A DNA stretch of 64,000 nucleotides from Patescibacteria group bacterium (GCA_041649475.1 JBAZNA010000001.1:24895-88894); one strand, 5' to 3'; positions 41,360 through 50,916 are shown, numbered from the stretch's first letter. Translations and numbers: made by a program. Notes: a model not told the origin generated them from the sequence alone.

Positions 41360-42388
41360 ATGAACCAAAGCGAAGATACAGAACGAGTTGTTCAGCCCGA
41401 AGTTGAAAACGAAGAGGCAATCTTAGATATTTCTTTGCGTCCGCAAAAACTGGCTGATTTTATCGGACAAAACCAACTAAAACAAAACCTGCATATATCA
41501 ATGCAGGCGACAAAAAAACGCTCGGAACCGTTGGAACATATTCTCCTTTATGGAAATCCGGGTTTGGGGAAGACAACTTTGGCTCACATCATCGCCAAAG
41601 AAATGAACAGCAATATTCGGGTAACATCAGGCCCGGCCTTGGAAAAAGTTGGCGATCTGGCCGCCATTTTATCAAATCTGCAGGACGGCGAAATTTTATT
41701 CATAGATGAAATTCACCGACTGAATAAAACCATAGAAGAAGTGCTCTACCCCGCTTTAGAAGATTACGCCTTGGATATTATCATCGGCAAAGGCCCGGCC
41801 GCCCGGACAATACGCATGCCACTCTCCCGATTTACTTTAATCGGCGCGACCACAAAAATCGGACTTATATCAGCGCCTCTGCGCGACCGCTTCGGCCATA
41901 CTTTTCATCTTGATTTTTATGAAGAAGATGATATAAAAACAATCCTTTTGCGTAACGCAAAAATTCTGGATGTGGAAATTAACTCGGATGCGGCCGATCT
42001 CATTTCGCAACGCGCCCGCCGGACACCGCGAATTGCCAACCGCCTGCTTAAACGCGTACGCGATTTTGCCCAGGTAAAATTCAACGGGAAAATAGATAAA
42101 AAAGTTGCCTCCGAAGGACTTAATATGCTGGCTATTGATCATTACGGCTTGGACGAAATAGACCGCAGATTGTTAAATACCCTGATTCAAAAATTCAATG
42201 GCGGGCCGGCCGGTCTAAACACGCTTTCCGCGGCCATTAGCGAAGAAATGGACACAATTGAGACAATCTACGAACCATTCCTTTTGCAAATTGGATTCCT
42301 TGAACGAACGCCCCGAGGCCGGCGAGCCACTCCGGCCGCCTACACGCATCTTGGCTACGGCGCCCCTAAATCTCAAACTCTTTTTTAA
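41360..42388 (+). CDS. ruvB: Holliday junction branch-migration helicase RuvB
   Basis: Walker [12 protein letters not shown], Walker [11 protein letters not shown], arginine finger region. Alternative upstream ATG at 41312. Confidence 0.9.
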   Translation: MNQSEDTERVVQPEVENEEAILDISLRPQKLADFIGQNQLKQNLHISMQATKKRSEPLEHILLYGNPGLGKTTLAHIIAKEMNSNIRVTSGPALEKVGDLAAILSNLQDGEILFIDEIHRLNKTIEEVLYPALEDYALDIIIGKGPAARTIRMPLSRFTLIGATTKIGLISAPLRDRFGHTFHLDFYEEDDIKTILLRNAKILDVEINSDAADLISQRARRTPRIANRLLKRVRDFAQVKFNGKIDKKVASEGLNMLAIDHYGLDEIDRRLLNTLIQKFNGGPAGLNTLSAAISEEMDTIETIYEPFLLQIGFLERTPRGRRATPAAYTHLGYGAPKSQTLF

Positions 42389-42396
42389 TTAAATTT

Positions 42397-42633
42397 ATGA
42401 TTTCAATTCCCTTATATATATTTCTAATAATTTATTTTATCTTTTTATTTATTTTCGCGATTTTTTTTATCACCAATCTCTTGCATATTGTCCTAACCGG
42501 CACCACTACTTTTTCCGGACTCATAGTGACCCTAATCATTATTTGCTTAAGTTTATTTGTTGTTTTTGAGACCTGGAATATCTTACAAAATATAGATTGG
42601 AACCAGCCAATTATTATAAATTTTAATGTTTGA
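42397..42633 (+). CDS. Small hydrophobic protein (2 predicted TM)
   Basis: 78-aa ORF, very hydrophobic, 8-nt overlap with the next gene. Could be real or spurious. Confidence 0.35.
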   Translation: MISIPLYIFLIIYFIFLFIFAIFFITNLLHIVLTGTTTFSGLIVTLIIICLSLFVVFETWNILQNIDWNQPIIINFNV

Positions 42634-43192
42634 TATGACTCTCAGCCAATTGATCAGTCAAAAATCTTACGAAAAAATTGAACGCACAATCAGGAGGCAC
42701 CCGATAACCTTCATCCCCTATTTACTTCTATTTTTCCTGCTTTTAATCGTTCCTCTTGGTCTTTATTGGCTGGTTATAAATTCCTCTTTAGTAATGCTTT
42801 TGCAAAATCCTATCTACCATGTCTTGGCTATCCTTTTAACCAGCATTTATTATCTTTCAACCATTTTATTTTTCTATACTTATTTCGTGTCCTTTCATTT
42901 GGATTTATGGATTGTGACTAATGACCGAATTTTGGATATGGAACAAAAAAGTTTGTTCGCGCGTACCGTGTCCGAAGTTGACCTGTACCAAATTCAAGAT
43001 GCCACTTCCACAATTGCCGGATTCTTCCCAACAATTTTTAATTACGGAAACATTAATCTGCAAACAGCCGGCCCAATTGCCAGGTTTGTCTTCCGCAACG
43101 TGCCTCATCCAAATGAGTTGCGCCAAACTATTCTTGACCTGGCGGCTGAAGACAAGAAATTCCACGAAAACCAGCCGCCGGCATCCGCTTAG
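42626..43192 (+). CDS. Membrane protein with bacterial PH-like (bPH_2/YdbT-like) domain
   Basis: Two N-terminal TM helices, then ...LYQIQDATSTIAGFFPTIFNYGNINLQTAG...FVFRNVPHPNELRQTI, resembling bPH_2. Confidence 0.45.
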   Translation: MFDMTLSQLISQKSYEKIERTIRRHPITFIPYLLLFFLLLIVPLGLYWLVINSSLVMLLQNPIYHVLAILLTSIYYLSTILFFYTYFVSFHLDLWIVTNDRILDMEQKSLFARTVSEVDLYQIQDATSTIAGFFPTIFNYGNINLQTAGPIARFVFRNVPHPNELRQTILDLAAEDKKFHENQPPASA

Positions 43193-44163
43193 TATATTTT
43201 CTCAACTTCCGTGTTAGAGTAATAATATTTTAGTATTTCTTCATAGGTCCAGCCGTCTTTGAGCGCTCTTTGCGAGGCATCGTGCGTGCTCATACCCAAG
43301 CCGTGTCCCCACAATTTCAAACCTTTGTCATATTTAGCCACAACACTTTTAAGCCATGGCCTCTTCTGACCGCCTTTGATGGGTTTAAAATCAAGAGTAT
43401 GTCCGTTTGAATGGCCAAAATACGGAGTCAAAACCGGATTGCCATTATATGTAACCATCTCGCCATATGTGTCCTGTTCTGCCTGAACAATTTTTGGCAT
43501 AACCAGCTCGCTGTTATAGCCCAAATATATCTGGTCCACAGTTGTAGGATAAATATCAAATAAATGCTTTTCGGTTGTTGGGGCAATCATCTGGTAAGCA
43601 TAAGATCTGGCCGCCACGAGCAGTGCTTTGGCATATTCCGGCGCCACATCATTTGCACTTTCAGCCACACCGGCCACATACTCATCAAGCGGCAATTCAT
43701 TTATAATGTAAGGAATGTCATTTTTGGGAGAATACCTGTATTCCATCACGCCTCTATAAGTATTGAAGTTGATTCCGCCCCGACCGGAGACCTTGCGCGT
43801 ATAATTTGTTAATTTAAAATAATAGGTTAATTCATCGGGAACAAATCTGATCGGGTCTGAAGAACTGAAATCTAAGTCCGTGCTGACAAAATTATATACA
43901 CCATCATTAAAAGAAACCGTGGCCGGTTCCCCCGCATACAAAATCCCTTTTACTTCTTGTCCGCTATAAATGTTATAAGGAAAATCCGCCTCAAACTTAA
44001 CCGGTTTGTCAGAGGTGTATAACCTAACCCGGATATTCGGTTCATTAATCAAGGCGCGCGCATCAGTAACCGCGCTCACTGTTGAAACTTTGGCCAAAAA
44101 TAGGGTTAATAGCAGGGAAATAACAATTATTGCTTTTTTTTGCATATGTGAAAAGTATATCAC
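43189..44163 (-). CDS. SpoIID/LytB-domain protein (peptidoglycan lytic enzyme enhancer family)
   Basis: EYAKALLVAARSYAY and GHGLGMSTHDASQ motifs typical of the SpoIID domain. N-terminal signal peptide. Confidence 0.65.
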   Translation of the reverse strand: MIYFSHMQKKAIIVISLLLTLFLAKVSTVSAVTDARALINEPNIRVRLYTSDKPVKFEADFPYNIYSGQEVKGILYAGEPATVSFNDGVYNFVSTDLDFSSSDPIRFVPDELTYYFKLTNYTRKVSGRGGINFNTYRGVMEYRYSPKNDIPYIINELPLDEYVAGVAESANDVAPEYAKALLVAARSYAYQMIAPTTEKHLFDIYPTTVDQIYLGYNSELVMPKIVQAEQDTYGEMVTYNGNPVLTPYFGHSNGHTLDFKPIKGGQKRPWLKSVVAKYDKGLKLWGHGLGMSTHDASQRALKDGWTYEEILKYYYSNTEVEKIY

Positions 44164-44201
44164 AAAACACCTTTTAATGGTATAATGGAGCCAACAAAAA
44201 T

Positions 44202-45608
44202 ATGTCTTTAAAGAGGGCTATAGCCAAAAATACAATCATCCAAATCGCCGGCAAAGCAATAAGCACTCTTCTCGGTCTGGTGGCCATAGCCATCATGACG
44301 CGTTTTTTGGGCGTGGAAAAATTCGGCTGGTACGTTACCGCAACCGGATTTTTGCAATTCATCGGCATATTTAGTGACTTTGGTTTTATCGTGACCACGG
44401 CCAACATGCTCTCCGAACCGCGGTTTGATAAACAAAAACTGCTCAACTGCCTTTTCACCTGGCGCTTTCTGACCGCTTTAATTTTCCAATTGCTGGCGCC
44501 GGCGATCATTTTATTTTTCCCCTATCCGGCGCCGGTAAAAATCGCGGTTGCCATAATGAGCGTTTCATTTTTCTGCATTTCCCTAAATAATATTTTTGTC
44601 GGCTATTACCAAGCCAACTTAAAAATGATCGTTCAGATGGTTGGTGAAATTTTAGGCAGAATTGTGTTAGTGGCCGGTTTATTTTTAGTGTCAATCGGCA
44701 GTTTTGGCTTCTTGCCGGCTATGGCCATAGTCACTATTGCCTCAATAGCCAACTGCCTTTATCTGTTTTATAAAAGCCCGAGAGTTGGGTTTGATTTTGA
44801 CCCCATAATTTCCAAAGCAATTTTTGTAAAAATTTGGCCGACCGCAGTGACAGTAATTTTTAATGCCTTTTATCTCCAAGGCGACCGGGTGCTCCTGCCT
44901 TTGTATGCGCCGCAGACCGATGTCGGTCTCTATGGGGCGGCTTACCGCGTGCTTGATATCGTCACCCAAAGCATAGCTATGATTATGGGAATAATGATGC
45001 CAATCATCACCTTTGCCTGGTCGCGCGATCTAAAAGATGAATTTTTTAAAAGATGCCAAGCCGGTTTTGATCTTGTACTTCTAATTTTAATGCCGATGAT
45101 GGCCGGAATAGTTGTGCTGGCCACCCCGATTATGCGACTAGTCGCTGGTCAAGATTTTAGCGGCGCCGGCGGTATTTTACAATTTTTGGCAGTGGCGATT
45201 TTTGGGCTTTGTTTCGGCAATATTTTCGGCTATATTGCCTTGGCTATCAACCGGCAAAGACAGGCAATCTGGATTTATGCTTCCGATGCCATACTTACCA
45301 CTGCCGCCTATTTTATTTTGATTCCAAGATTCGGTATGTATGGAGCGGCTTGGGCAACTATTTTTTCCGAGTTCTACGCCGGCGTGGCGCTCCTATTTTT
45401 AGCCGGATATTATTCAAAATTCTGGCCCCGCTTCGGCGCCTTTATCAAAATAGTTTTGGCCAGCTTGATAATGGCCGTTTCAATTTATAAGCTTCAGCCC
45501 TTAAATATTTTTATTTCAACCCTCTTGGGCATCGCTATTTATGGGACTTGCGTCTTACTTTTTAGAATTGTCTCAAAAGAAACCATTTCAGAAATTATAA
45601 AACCGTGA
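44202..45608 (+). CDS. MOP-superfamily polysaccharide/lipid-linked oligosaccharide flippase (Wzx/MurJ-like)
   Basis: 468 aa and about 12 TM. N-terminal KNTIIQIAGKAISTLLGLVAIAIMTRFLG is typical of Polysacc_synt flippases. Confidence 0.65.
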   Translation: MSLKRAIAKNTIIQIAGKAISTLLGLVAIAIMTRFLGVEKFGWYVTATGFLQFIGIFSDFGFIVTTANMLSEPRFDKQKLLNCLFTWRFLTALIFQLLAPAIILFFPYPAPVKIAVAIMSVSFFCISLNNIFVGYYQANLKMIVQMVGEILGRIVLVAGLFLVSIGSFGFLPAMAIVTIASIANCLYLFYKSPRVGFDFDPIISKAIFVKIWPTAVTVIFNAFYLQGDRVLLPLYAPQTDVGLYGAAYRVLDIVTQSIAMIMGIMMPIITFAWSRDLKDEFFKRCQAGFDLVLLILMPMMAGIVVLATPIMRLVAGQDFSGAGGILQFLAVAIFGLCFGNIFGYIALAINRQRQAIWIYASDAILTTAAYFILIPRFGMYGAAWATIFSEFYAGVALLFLAGYYSKFWPRFGAFIKIVLASLIMAVSIYKLQPLNIFISTLLGIAIYGTCVLLFRIVSKETISEIIKP

Positions 45609-45643
45609 TAAGATATTAATGTATTTATTCACTCATACCTATT

Positions 45644-46693
45644 ATGGATTTCTCAAAAATCAGAAGTATAATTTTCTTCACCGTGCTGGCAATCGTCACT
45701 ATTGTCTTCGTCTATACGATTCGGCCGCTGTTTTATCCCATTTTTTGGGCCGCAGTAATTGCCAGCATCTTTCATCCACTCTATGAGCGCATCAGAAAAA
45801 AAATTAAATCCAACAATCTAAGCGCGGGTTTAATTCTGGTAATCGTATTTTTTATCATTCTTATTCCACTAAGCATAATCAGCAGTTTATTAATAAAAGA
45901 ATCAATTGATATTTACGGTGAAATCGGCAGTAAAACCGGACAAATACAAACAAGCATCCAAAATGCCATCAGTGCAATCCAAAGCAACCCGCTGATAAAC
46001 AAATTAAATATAAATGAAAGTTTCTGGATTCAAAAAATTTCTGATGTAACCGGATCTTTGTCCAGCTATATCTTCACCAGCTTAAAAAACATAACCGAAA
46101 ACTCCGTCACCTTCCTGATAATGTTTGTCATCATGCTTTATACTCTCTTTTATTTTACCCGCGACGGAGAAAGGATATTACGGCGACTGATGTATTTATC
46201 TCCAATTGGAGATAAACAAGAGGTTGTTTTCTATGACAAATTTACCTCCACGGCGCGCGCCAGCATAAAGGGAACTTTGATTTTAGGAATAGTCCAAGGG
46301 GTGCTTGGAGGCCTGATGTTTTATATCGCGGGAATTAAAGGCGCGCTTATCTGGACACTGGTAATGACCGCTTTTTCCATTCTAATCGGTTCATACTTTG
46401 TTTGGTTGCCGGCCGGCATCATAATGCTGACTATGGGCGCCATTTGGCAGGGTATTTTTATTCTTGCTTTTGGCACTTTAATCGTCAGTACGATAGACAA
46501 TCTTCTGCGGCCAATACTGGTCGGCAAAGACATCCAGATGCATCCTCTGCTCATTTTTATTTCAACCCTTGGCGGGTTGGTGGTTTTTGGATTATCCGGA
46601 TTTATTATCGGACCGATCATCACCGCTTTCCTAATGACCTTCTGGGAGATATATGAGAATTACTATAAAGCGGATCTGGAAAAAAATGCTTAA
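45644..46693 (+). CDS. AI-2E family transporter (PerM/UPF0118)
   Basis: 349 aa polytopic protein. The conserved ...GxxxGLxGxxxxIP... C-terminal region fits the AI-2E family. Confidence 0.65.
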   Translation: MDFSKIRSIIFFTVLAIVTIVFVYTIRPLFYPIFWAAVIASIFHPLYERIRKKIKSNNLSAGLILVIVFFIILIPLSIISSLLIKESIDIYGEIGSKTGQIQTSIQNAISAIQSNPLINKLNINESFWIQKISDVTGSLSSYIFTSLKNITENSVTFLIMFVIMLYTLFYFTRDGERILRRLMYLSPIGDKQEVVFYDKFTSTARASIKGTLILGIVQGVLGGLMFYIAGIKGALIWTLVMTAFSILIGSYFVWLPAGIIMLTMGAIWQGIFILAFGTLIVSTIDNLLRPILVGKDIQMHPLLIFISTLGGLVVFGLSGFIIGPIITAFLMTFWEIYENYYKADLEKNA

Positions 46694-46711
46694 TTGAAAT
46701 TTGAAAAATAA

Positions 46712-46740
46712 AAAATCCCCATGGTGGGGATTTTTTTGTT
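46712..46740. terminator. Rho-independent terminator (AAATCCCCA-TGG-TGGGGATTTTTTT)
   Basis: 9-bp stem plus T-run immediately after the AI-2E gene stop. Confidence 0.7.
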
Positions 46741-46748
46741 CTGTTTTG

Positions 46749-46821
46749 TTCCGGGGCCCGGATTTGAACCGGGAGCCTTCGGGTTATGGGCCCGACGAGC
46801 TGCCAATTGCTCTACCCCGGT
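46749..46821 (-). tRNA. Initiator tRNA-Met (anticodon CAT)
   Basis: Three consecutive G-C pairs closing the anticodon stem (TCGGG/CCCGA). The 1:72 position is unpaired (A.A). Loop CCCATAA. T-loop TTCAAAT. Closely parallels E. coli tRNA-fMet. Confidence 0.75.
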
Positions 46822-46862
46822 GTTGCTCGCTCGGCCTTCGGCCGGCGCTTTGCGCTGTCTGG

Positions 46863-46934
46863 AGCGGGTGAAGGGAATCGAACCCTCGTCTTATGCTTGG
46901 CAAGCACACGCACTAACCGTTGTGCTACACCCGC
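46863..46934 (-). tRNA. tRNA-Gly (anticodon GCC), CCA encoded
   Basis: Acceptor GCGGGTG/CACCCGC, anticodon loop TTGCCAA, T-loop TTCGATT, then TCCA. Confidence 0.75.
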
Positions 46935-47452
46935 GCTAAAGATATTTCTTTTTTTCGAAGCTCCAACCACTGCATGACCATTTCTTTATAGGAACGACTG
47001 GAAATTATTATTGTTCCTACGCCAAACGGCAAGGTTCGCTTAACTGAATGACCTTTAATATACTGACTTTTAAAGAATTTGTCAAGCGGTAATTCTACTA
47101 TTTTTGACCAACAATCTTTACATCCACTCTCTTTTAAATCAGGATATAACACCAAATACACCTTCGCCTTTGCTGATATTTGCGGTAAGTAATGCTTTAA
47201 AAAAATATGGAAATTCTTTATAAGTAAAGGGTTTGAATTTGTCACGCGTATTTTTCCATTCTCAAGCTTATTGTCACCTTCTCCCCAATATAACATTAGT
47301 CCCTCAAGAAACAAGGATTCCTTACTATAAATGTCATATAACCGAATAGCCTCTTCACGCATTTCACTATACAATTTTTGTCTCCTTTCTTTGGTTTTTA
47401 AATTTACCAATTTCATTCTTTCCCTTGCCTTGTCTTTATTTGCCTCCTTCAT
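46925..47452 (-). CDS. Hypothetical protein (AT-rich; 3' end overlaps tRNA-Gly by about 10 nt)
   Basis: 175-aa ORF, Lys-rich, with no clear motifs. LYWGEGDN is only faintly LAGLIDADG-like. Confidence 0.35.
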   Translation of the reverse strand: MKEANKDKARERMKLVNLKTKERRQKLYSEMREEAIRLYDIYSKESLFLEGLMLYWGEGDNKLENGKIRVTNSNPLLIKNFHIFLKHYLPQISAKAKVYLVLYPDLKESGCKDCWSKIVELPLDKFFKSQYIKGHSVKRTLPFGVGTIIISSRSYKEMVMQWLELRKKEISLARV

Positions 47453-47554
47453 AATAAAAAATAAAAATAATTATAATATTTTTATTATACCTAAGTATAG
47501 ATGAAGAAAAACTAAAAAATTGATAAAATTTTAGATTGGAAGTGAACAAAAGTG

Positions 47555-47626
47555 AGCGGGTAACGGGAGTCGAACCCGTGTCACGAGTTTGGAAAACTCG
47601 AATAATAGCCGTTATATTATACCCGC
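47555..47626 (-). tRNA. tRNA-Gly (anticodon TCC)
   Basis: Acceptor GCGGGTA/TACCCGC, anticodon stem CGAGT/ACTCG with loop TTTCCAA, T-loop TTCGACT. Confidence 0.7.
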
Positions 47627-47751
47627 GCTCAAGAAATTTATTCAAATTATATCTTATCTTTAACAAAAAGTCAACTTGACGCTTGACTGATAAATTCAGA
47701 TAAGATAATATATTTAGAGTCAGGTTTTTAATCATTAATTAAGCAAGCCAT

Positions 47752-47886
47752 ATGCTTACTTATAATAATTTCGAGGGGGACGACGATTTAGATTTAACCG
47801 GCGGTGACATAGAAGAGGGCGAGGATACAGAAGAGACGGCGGGCACAGGAACCGACACGGACGAAGAGGAAGAAGAAAACATGTAA
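47752..47886 (+). CDS. Small highly acidic peptide ORF (44 aa, D/E-rich)
   Basis: Reads MLTYNNFEGDDDLDLTGGDIEEGEDTEETAGTGTDTDEEEEENM*. A strong terminator follows directly. No obvious SD. Confidence 0.3.
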   Translation: MLTYNNFEGDDDLDLTGGDIEEGEDTEETAGTGTDTDEEEEENM

Positions 47887-47896
47887 AAATTAAAAA

Positions 47897-47962
47897 GGGG
47901 GAGAAAAAGTTTTGAGCACTAGGCGTATGCCTTGGCGAAAAACTTTTTCTCCCCCTTTTTTG
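47897..47962. terminator. Long bidirectional terminator hairpin (GGGGGAGAAAAAGTTTT ... AAAACTTTTTCTCCCCC plus T-run)
   Basis: 17-bp inverted repeat between the acidic-peptide ORF (+ strand) and efp (- strand). Confidence 0.65.
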
Positions 47963-47975
47963 TATTTAAATTATT

Positions 47976-48536
47976 TTAGGCGCGGGCCGAATATTCTCCG
48001 GTTTCGGTATTAACCAAAATCTCTTCGCCTTCTTTTATAAATATCGGGGCCTGAATTTTTAAACCATTATCAAGCGTGATTTCTTTGGTCACATTGCCGG
48101 CGGCGCTGTCGCCTTTGACTGCCGGCGGCGCTTCCACCACCTTGTATTTTATTTTCTTGGGAATCTGGATGCTCACCGGTCTGCCTTCATAGAGTCCTAC
48201 CACCACATCAATGCCTTCTTTCAGATATTTGCCTTCCTCACCGATCAAATCGCCGTTCATTTCAATCTGCTCATAACTCGCCATGTCCATAAAGGCAAAA
48301 TTGTCTCCGCTTTTGTATAAATACTGCATGGTTTGAAATTGCACCTGCACAATATCAACGCTTTCACTGGTTTTATAAGTCCACTCAATCACTTTCCCGG
48401 AGCCCAAACTTTTCATCCGGACGCGCACAAAAGCCGCGCCCTTGCCCGGATTGACGTGTTGAAACTCAACCACCACAAACAAGTCGCTCTGATGGCGAAT
48501 GACTACTCCTTTTCTGATTTCGGATGTTGCCGCCAT
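47976..48536 (-). CDS. efp: Elongation factor P (lysine type)
   Basis: VNPGKGAAFVRVRMKS loop with the conserved Lys. 186 aa. Confidence 0.9.
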   Translation of the reverse strand: MAATSEIRKGVVIRHQSDLFVVVEFQHVNPGKGAAFVRVRMKSLGSGKVIEWTYKTSESVDIVQVQFQTMQYLYKSGDNFAFMDMASYEQIEMNGDLIGEEGKYLKEGIDVVVGLYEGRPVSIQIPKKIKYKVVEAPPAVKGDSAAGNVTKEITLDNGLKIQAPIFIKEGEEILVNTETGEYSARA

Positions 48537-48541
48537 AATAA

Positions 48542-49573
48542 TTAAATTATTTGATCGCTTACGCTTTGAAAAATCACTTCATTTATATCCCGTGCGCCGG
48601 TAAACAATAATACCATACGATCCACGCCTAATGCAATACCCCCTGCCGGACGAATTCCCGACCTTAAAGCGCCTATAAAACCCGGGTCAACCGGCCAAAT
48701 TTCTTTGCCCAATTTTGCTCTATGCTCTTTATCAGTTTCCAGCCGCGAATTCTGATCTTCCGCATCAGTGAGTTCACCAAAGGCGTTGGCCAGTTCCACA
48801 CCGCCAATGTATAATTCAAATCTTTCGGCGTAGCGCTTATCGTCCGCGCAGAGCCGTGAGAGCGATGCCATTTGCGCCGGATAATCATAAACAAAAACCG
48901 GCTTATCAATTCCCAAATTCGGTTCAATTTTATTTAAAAAAATCTTAAAAAATAAATCTTCATAGGCATCATCTTCGCTGACATTAAAACCGAGCGCGGC
49001 AGCCAATTTTCTCATACTTTCAATTTCCAAATAATCATCCAGATTGACATTGACATATTTCTGCCAAATGCTTTTCATGGTTACCCTATCCCATTCGCCC
49101 GTCAGACCAACTTTACGGCCATTATATTCCGCTTGCGCGGCAGACAATTTTTGCGCTACAAATTTAAACAAATTTTCAGTATCATCCATGATCTCAAAAT
49201 AAGTCCCCGGCGACCTGTACCACTCAATCATGGTGAATTCGCTGTTGTGCAAACCGCCGAATTCTTCATAGTCGCGGAAGGTTTTGGTTATCTGAAAAAT
49301 TTTGCCGTAACCGGAAGCCAACAGTTTCTTCATTGAAAATTCCGGCGATGTATGCAAATAAAATTTTTCTTCCTTGCCGCTCTGATCATGAATCGTAATC
49401 GGCATGGGGTTTAAATACGGCTCCTGTCCGGGGAAACGAACCGCGAGCGGCGTATCGGTTTCCATAAAGTCCTTTGACCAAAAAAATTCGCGGATTAATC
49501 TGATGATTTTAATTCGCGTATTATAAATATTTTGCAGTCGCGGATTGTCTTTTAAATCCTGCCAGTTTGACAT
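48542..49573 (-). CDS. epmA: EF-P--(R)-beta-lysine ligase EpmA (PoxA/GenX, truncated LysRS class II paralog)
   Basis: Class II aaRS motifs without an anticodon-binding domain (FRDYEEFGGLHNSEFTMIEWY). Adjacent to efp. Confidence 0.75.
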   Translation of the reverse strand: MSNWQDLKDNPRLQNIYNTRIKIIRLIREFFWSKDFMETDTPLAVRFPGQEPYLNPMPITIHDQSGKEEKFYLHTSPEFSMKKLLASGYGKIFQITKTFRDYEEFGGLHNSEFTMIEWYRSPGTYFEIMDDTENLFKFVAQKLSAAQAEYNGRKVGLTGEWDRVTMKSIWQKYVNVNLDDYLEIESMRKLAAALGFNVSEDDAYEDLFFKIFLNKIEPNLGIDKPVFVYDYPAQMASLSRLCADDKRYAERFELYIGGVELANAFGELTDAEDQNSRLETDKEHRAKLGKEIWPVDPGFIGALRSGIRPAGGIALGVDRMVLLFTGARDINEVIFQSVSDQII

Positions 49574-49602
49574 ATGCTTTTCATTCGCGCGTATAAATCA
49601 AA

Positions 49603-49632
49603 TCCCCCCGACATCACGTCGGGGGGCTTGTC
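49603..49632 (-). terminator. Hairpin CCCCCCGAC-atcac-GTCGGGGGG downstream of rpsR (putative terminator of the rpsF-ssb-rpsR operon)
   Basis: 9-bp G/C stem. On the minus-strand transcript it is followed by AUUUGAUUUAUA, a modest U-tract. Confidence 0.45.
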
Positions 49633-49638
49633 TTTGTT

Positions 49639-49878
49639 TTAGGCGGCGTAGGGAATCAGTGAGGCCTGTCTGGCGCGCTTAATCGCATTGGCCACCTGCC
49701 GTTGGTGCTTGGCGCACAGACCGCTTCTTCGGCGGGGCGCTATTTTCATATAAGAAGAAACAAAACGTCGCAGGGTGTTTACGTCTTTATAATCAATCAC
49801 CAATTTATTATTCACGCAGTAATAGCACTGCTTGGCTGTCTCTCTTTGGTTTGGAACTGTTCTTGGATTAGGTTGCAT
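49639..49878 (-). CDS. rpsR: 30S ribosomal protein bS18
   Basis: CYYCVNN...IDYKDVNTLRRFVS...GLCAKHQRQVANAIKRAR. Confidence 0.9.
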   Translation of the reverse strand: MQPNPRTVPNQRETAKQCYYCVNNKLVIDYKDVNTLRRFVSSYMKIAPRRRSGLCAKHQRQVANAIKRARQASLIPYAA

Positions 49879-49892
49879 AATTTATTATTTTA

Positions 49893-50351
49893 TTAAAATG
49901 GAATGTCTTCAACTTTTACTTCTTCTTCAATTACCTCTTGGGGGCCGCCTTGGCTTTGATCACCAATCGGCTCAACACTGGGTTCGCCGGCCACTCCTGT
50001 AGGCGCGCCTCCGGCGCCGGCTCCGCGGGAATCAAGCATAATTAAATTCTCCCCGATTATTTCTGTTCTGTATCTTTTGATGCCATCCTGGCCTGTCCAT
50101 TCCCGGGTTTGTAATCGTCCTTCAATATATATCTTGGCGCCCTTCTTTAAATACTGATTGGCGATTTCGGCCAATTTTGACCAGACAACTATATTGTGAT
50201 ATTCAACACCTTTTTGTTTTTGACTGTTCGCATCTACCCAGAACCTGTTGGTGGCCAAGCTTAATGTGGCCACTGATTTACCGTTTGGTGTGCTGCGAAG
50301 CTCCGGATCGCGGGTTAGCCGACCGATTAACATTGCCTTGTTTAAATCCAT
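49893..50351 (-). CDS. ssb: Single-stranded DNA-binding protein
   Basis: OB-fold core (MLIGRLTRDPELR...NIVVW) and acidic C-terminal tail ending DIPF. Confidence 0.9.
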   Translation of the reverse strand: MDLNKAMLIGRLTRDPELRSTPNGKSVATLSLATNRFWVDANSQKQKGVEYHNIVVWSKLAEIANQYLKKGAKIYIEGRLQTREWTGQDGIKRYRTEIIGENLIMLDSRGAGAGGAPTGVAGEPSVEPIGDQSQGGPQEVIEEEVKVEDIPF

Positions 50352-50387
50352 ACTACGTAAAATTAAGGATTAAGTTCCTCCATTCTA

Positions 50388-50837
50388 CTACACCTCATCT
50401 AAAATTTCGTTCAATTTAGTATCAATATCCTTTAAATTCACTTTTTTGTCGGATTCCGCTGCAGAACCGGCTCCTACGCGTTCGTCCATTTCCTTCATGG
50501 TAGTTACCCCCACCTCATTGGTACTATACATAATTTTCTTGGTGGCGGTTAAGCTGGTTTTGAAGTAACTCACCATACTGCGCAAAACATCGGTTCGCAG
50601 TGATAATTTTTCTTCAATATTTTTAACAACCTCTGATTCGGCATTAAAGACCACGGTATAAAAATAGCCGTAGCGAATCTGCTTTATCGGATAAGCCAGG
50701 CGAATTTTGCCCAGATTGTTGATTTCAACGTCTTGAGCGCCGGCTTTAATTATATCCAAAATCTCCTGCACATGTTGTTCGGCTTCTTTTTCGTCAAACG
50801 TGCCGGGTAAAGTTAACAGTAATTCGTATTTCTTCAT
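50388..50837 (-). CDS. rpsF: 30S ribosomal protein bS6 with C-terminal extension
   Basis: MKKYELLLTLPGTFDEKEAEQ...RLAYPIKQ. rpsF-ssb-rpsR is the canonical order. Confidence 0.85.
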   Translation of the reverse strand: MKKYELLLTLPGTFDEKEAEQHVQEILDIIKAGAQDVEINNLGKIRLAYPIKQIRYGYFYTVVFNAESEVVKNIEEKLSLRTDVLRSMVSYFKTSLTATKKIMYSTNEVGVTTMKEMDERVGAGSAAESDKKVNLKDIDTKLNEILDEV

Positions 50838-50916
50838 AGATATATTATATATTTTAGTGTGACTATCTTATCATAATTTGAGAAAAAGTCAACACCTTTG
50901 GGATTAAGCCGTTTTG

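Noticed and set aside
47436-47735. 99-aa minus-strand ORF in very AT-rich DNA.
   Set aside because: It overlaps tRNA-Gly(TCC) completely, has a low-complexity Ile/Asn/Phe composition and no RBS. It is spurious.
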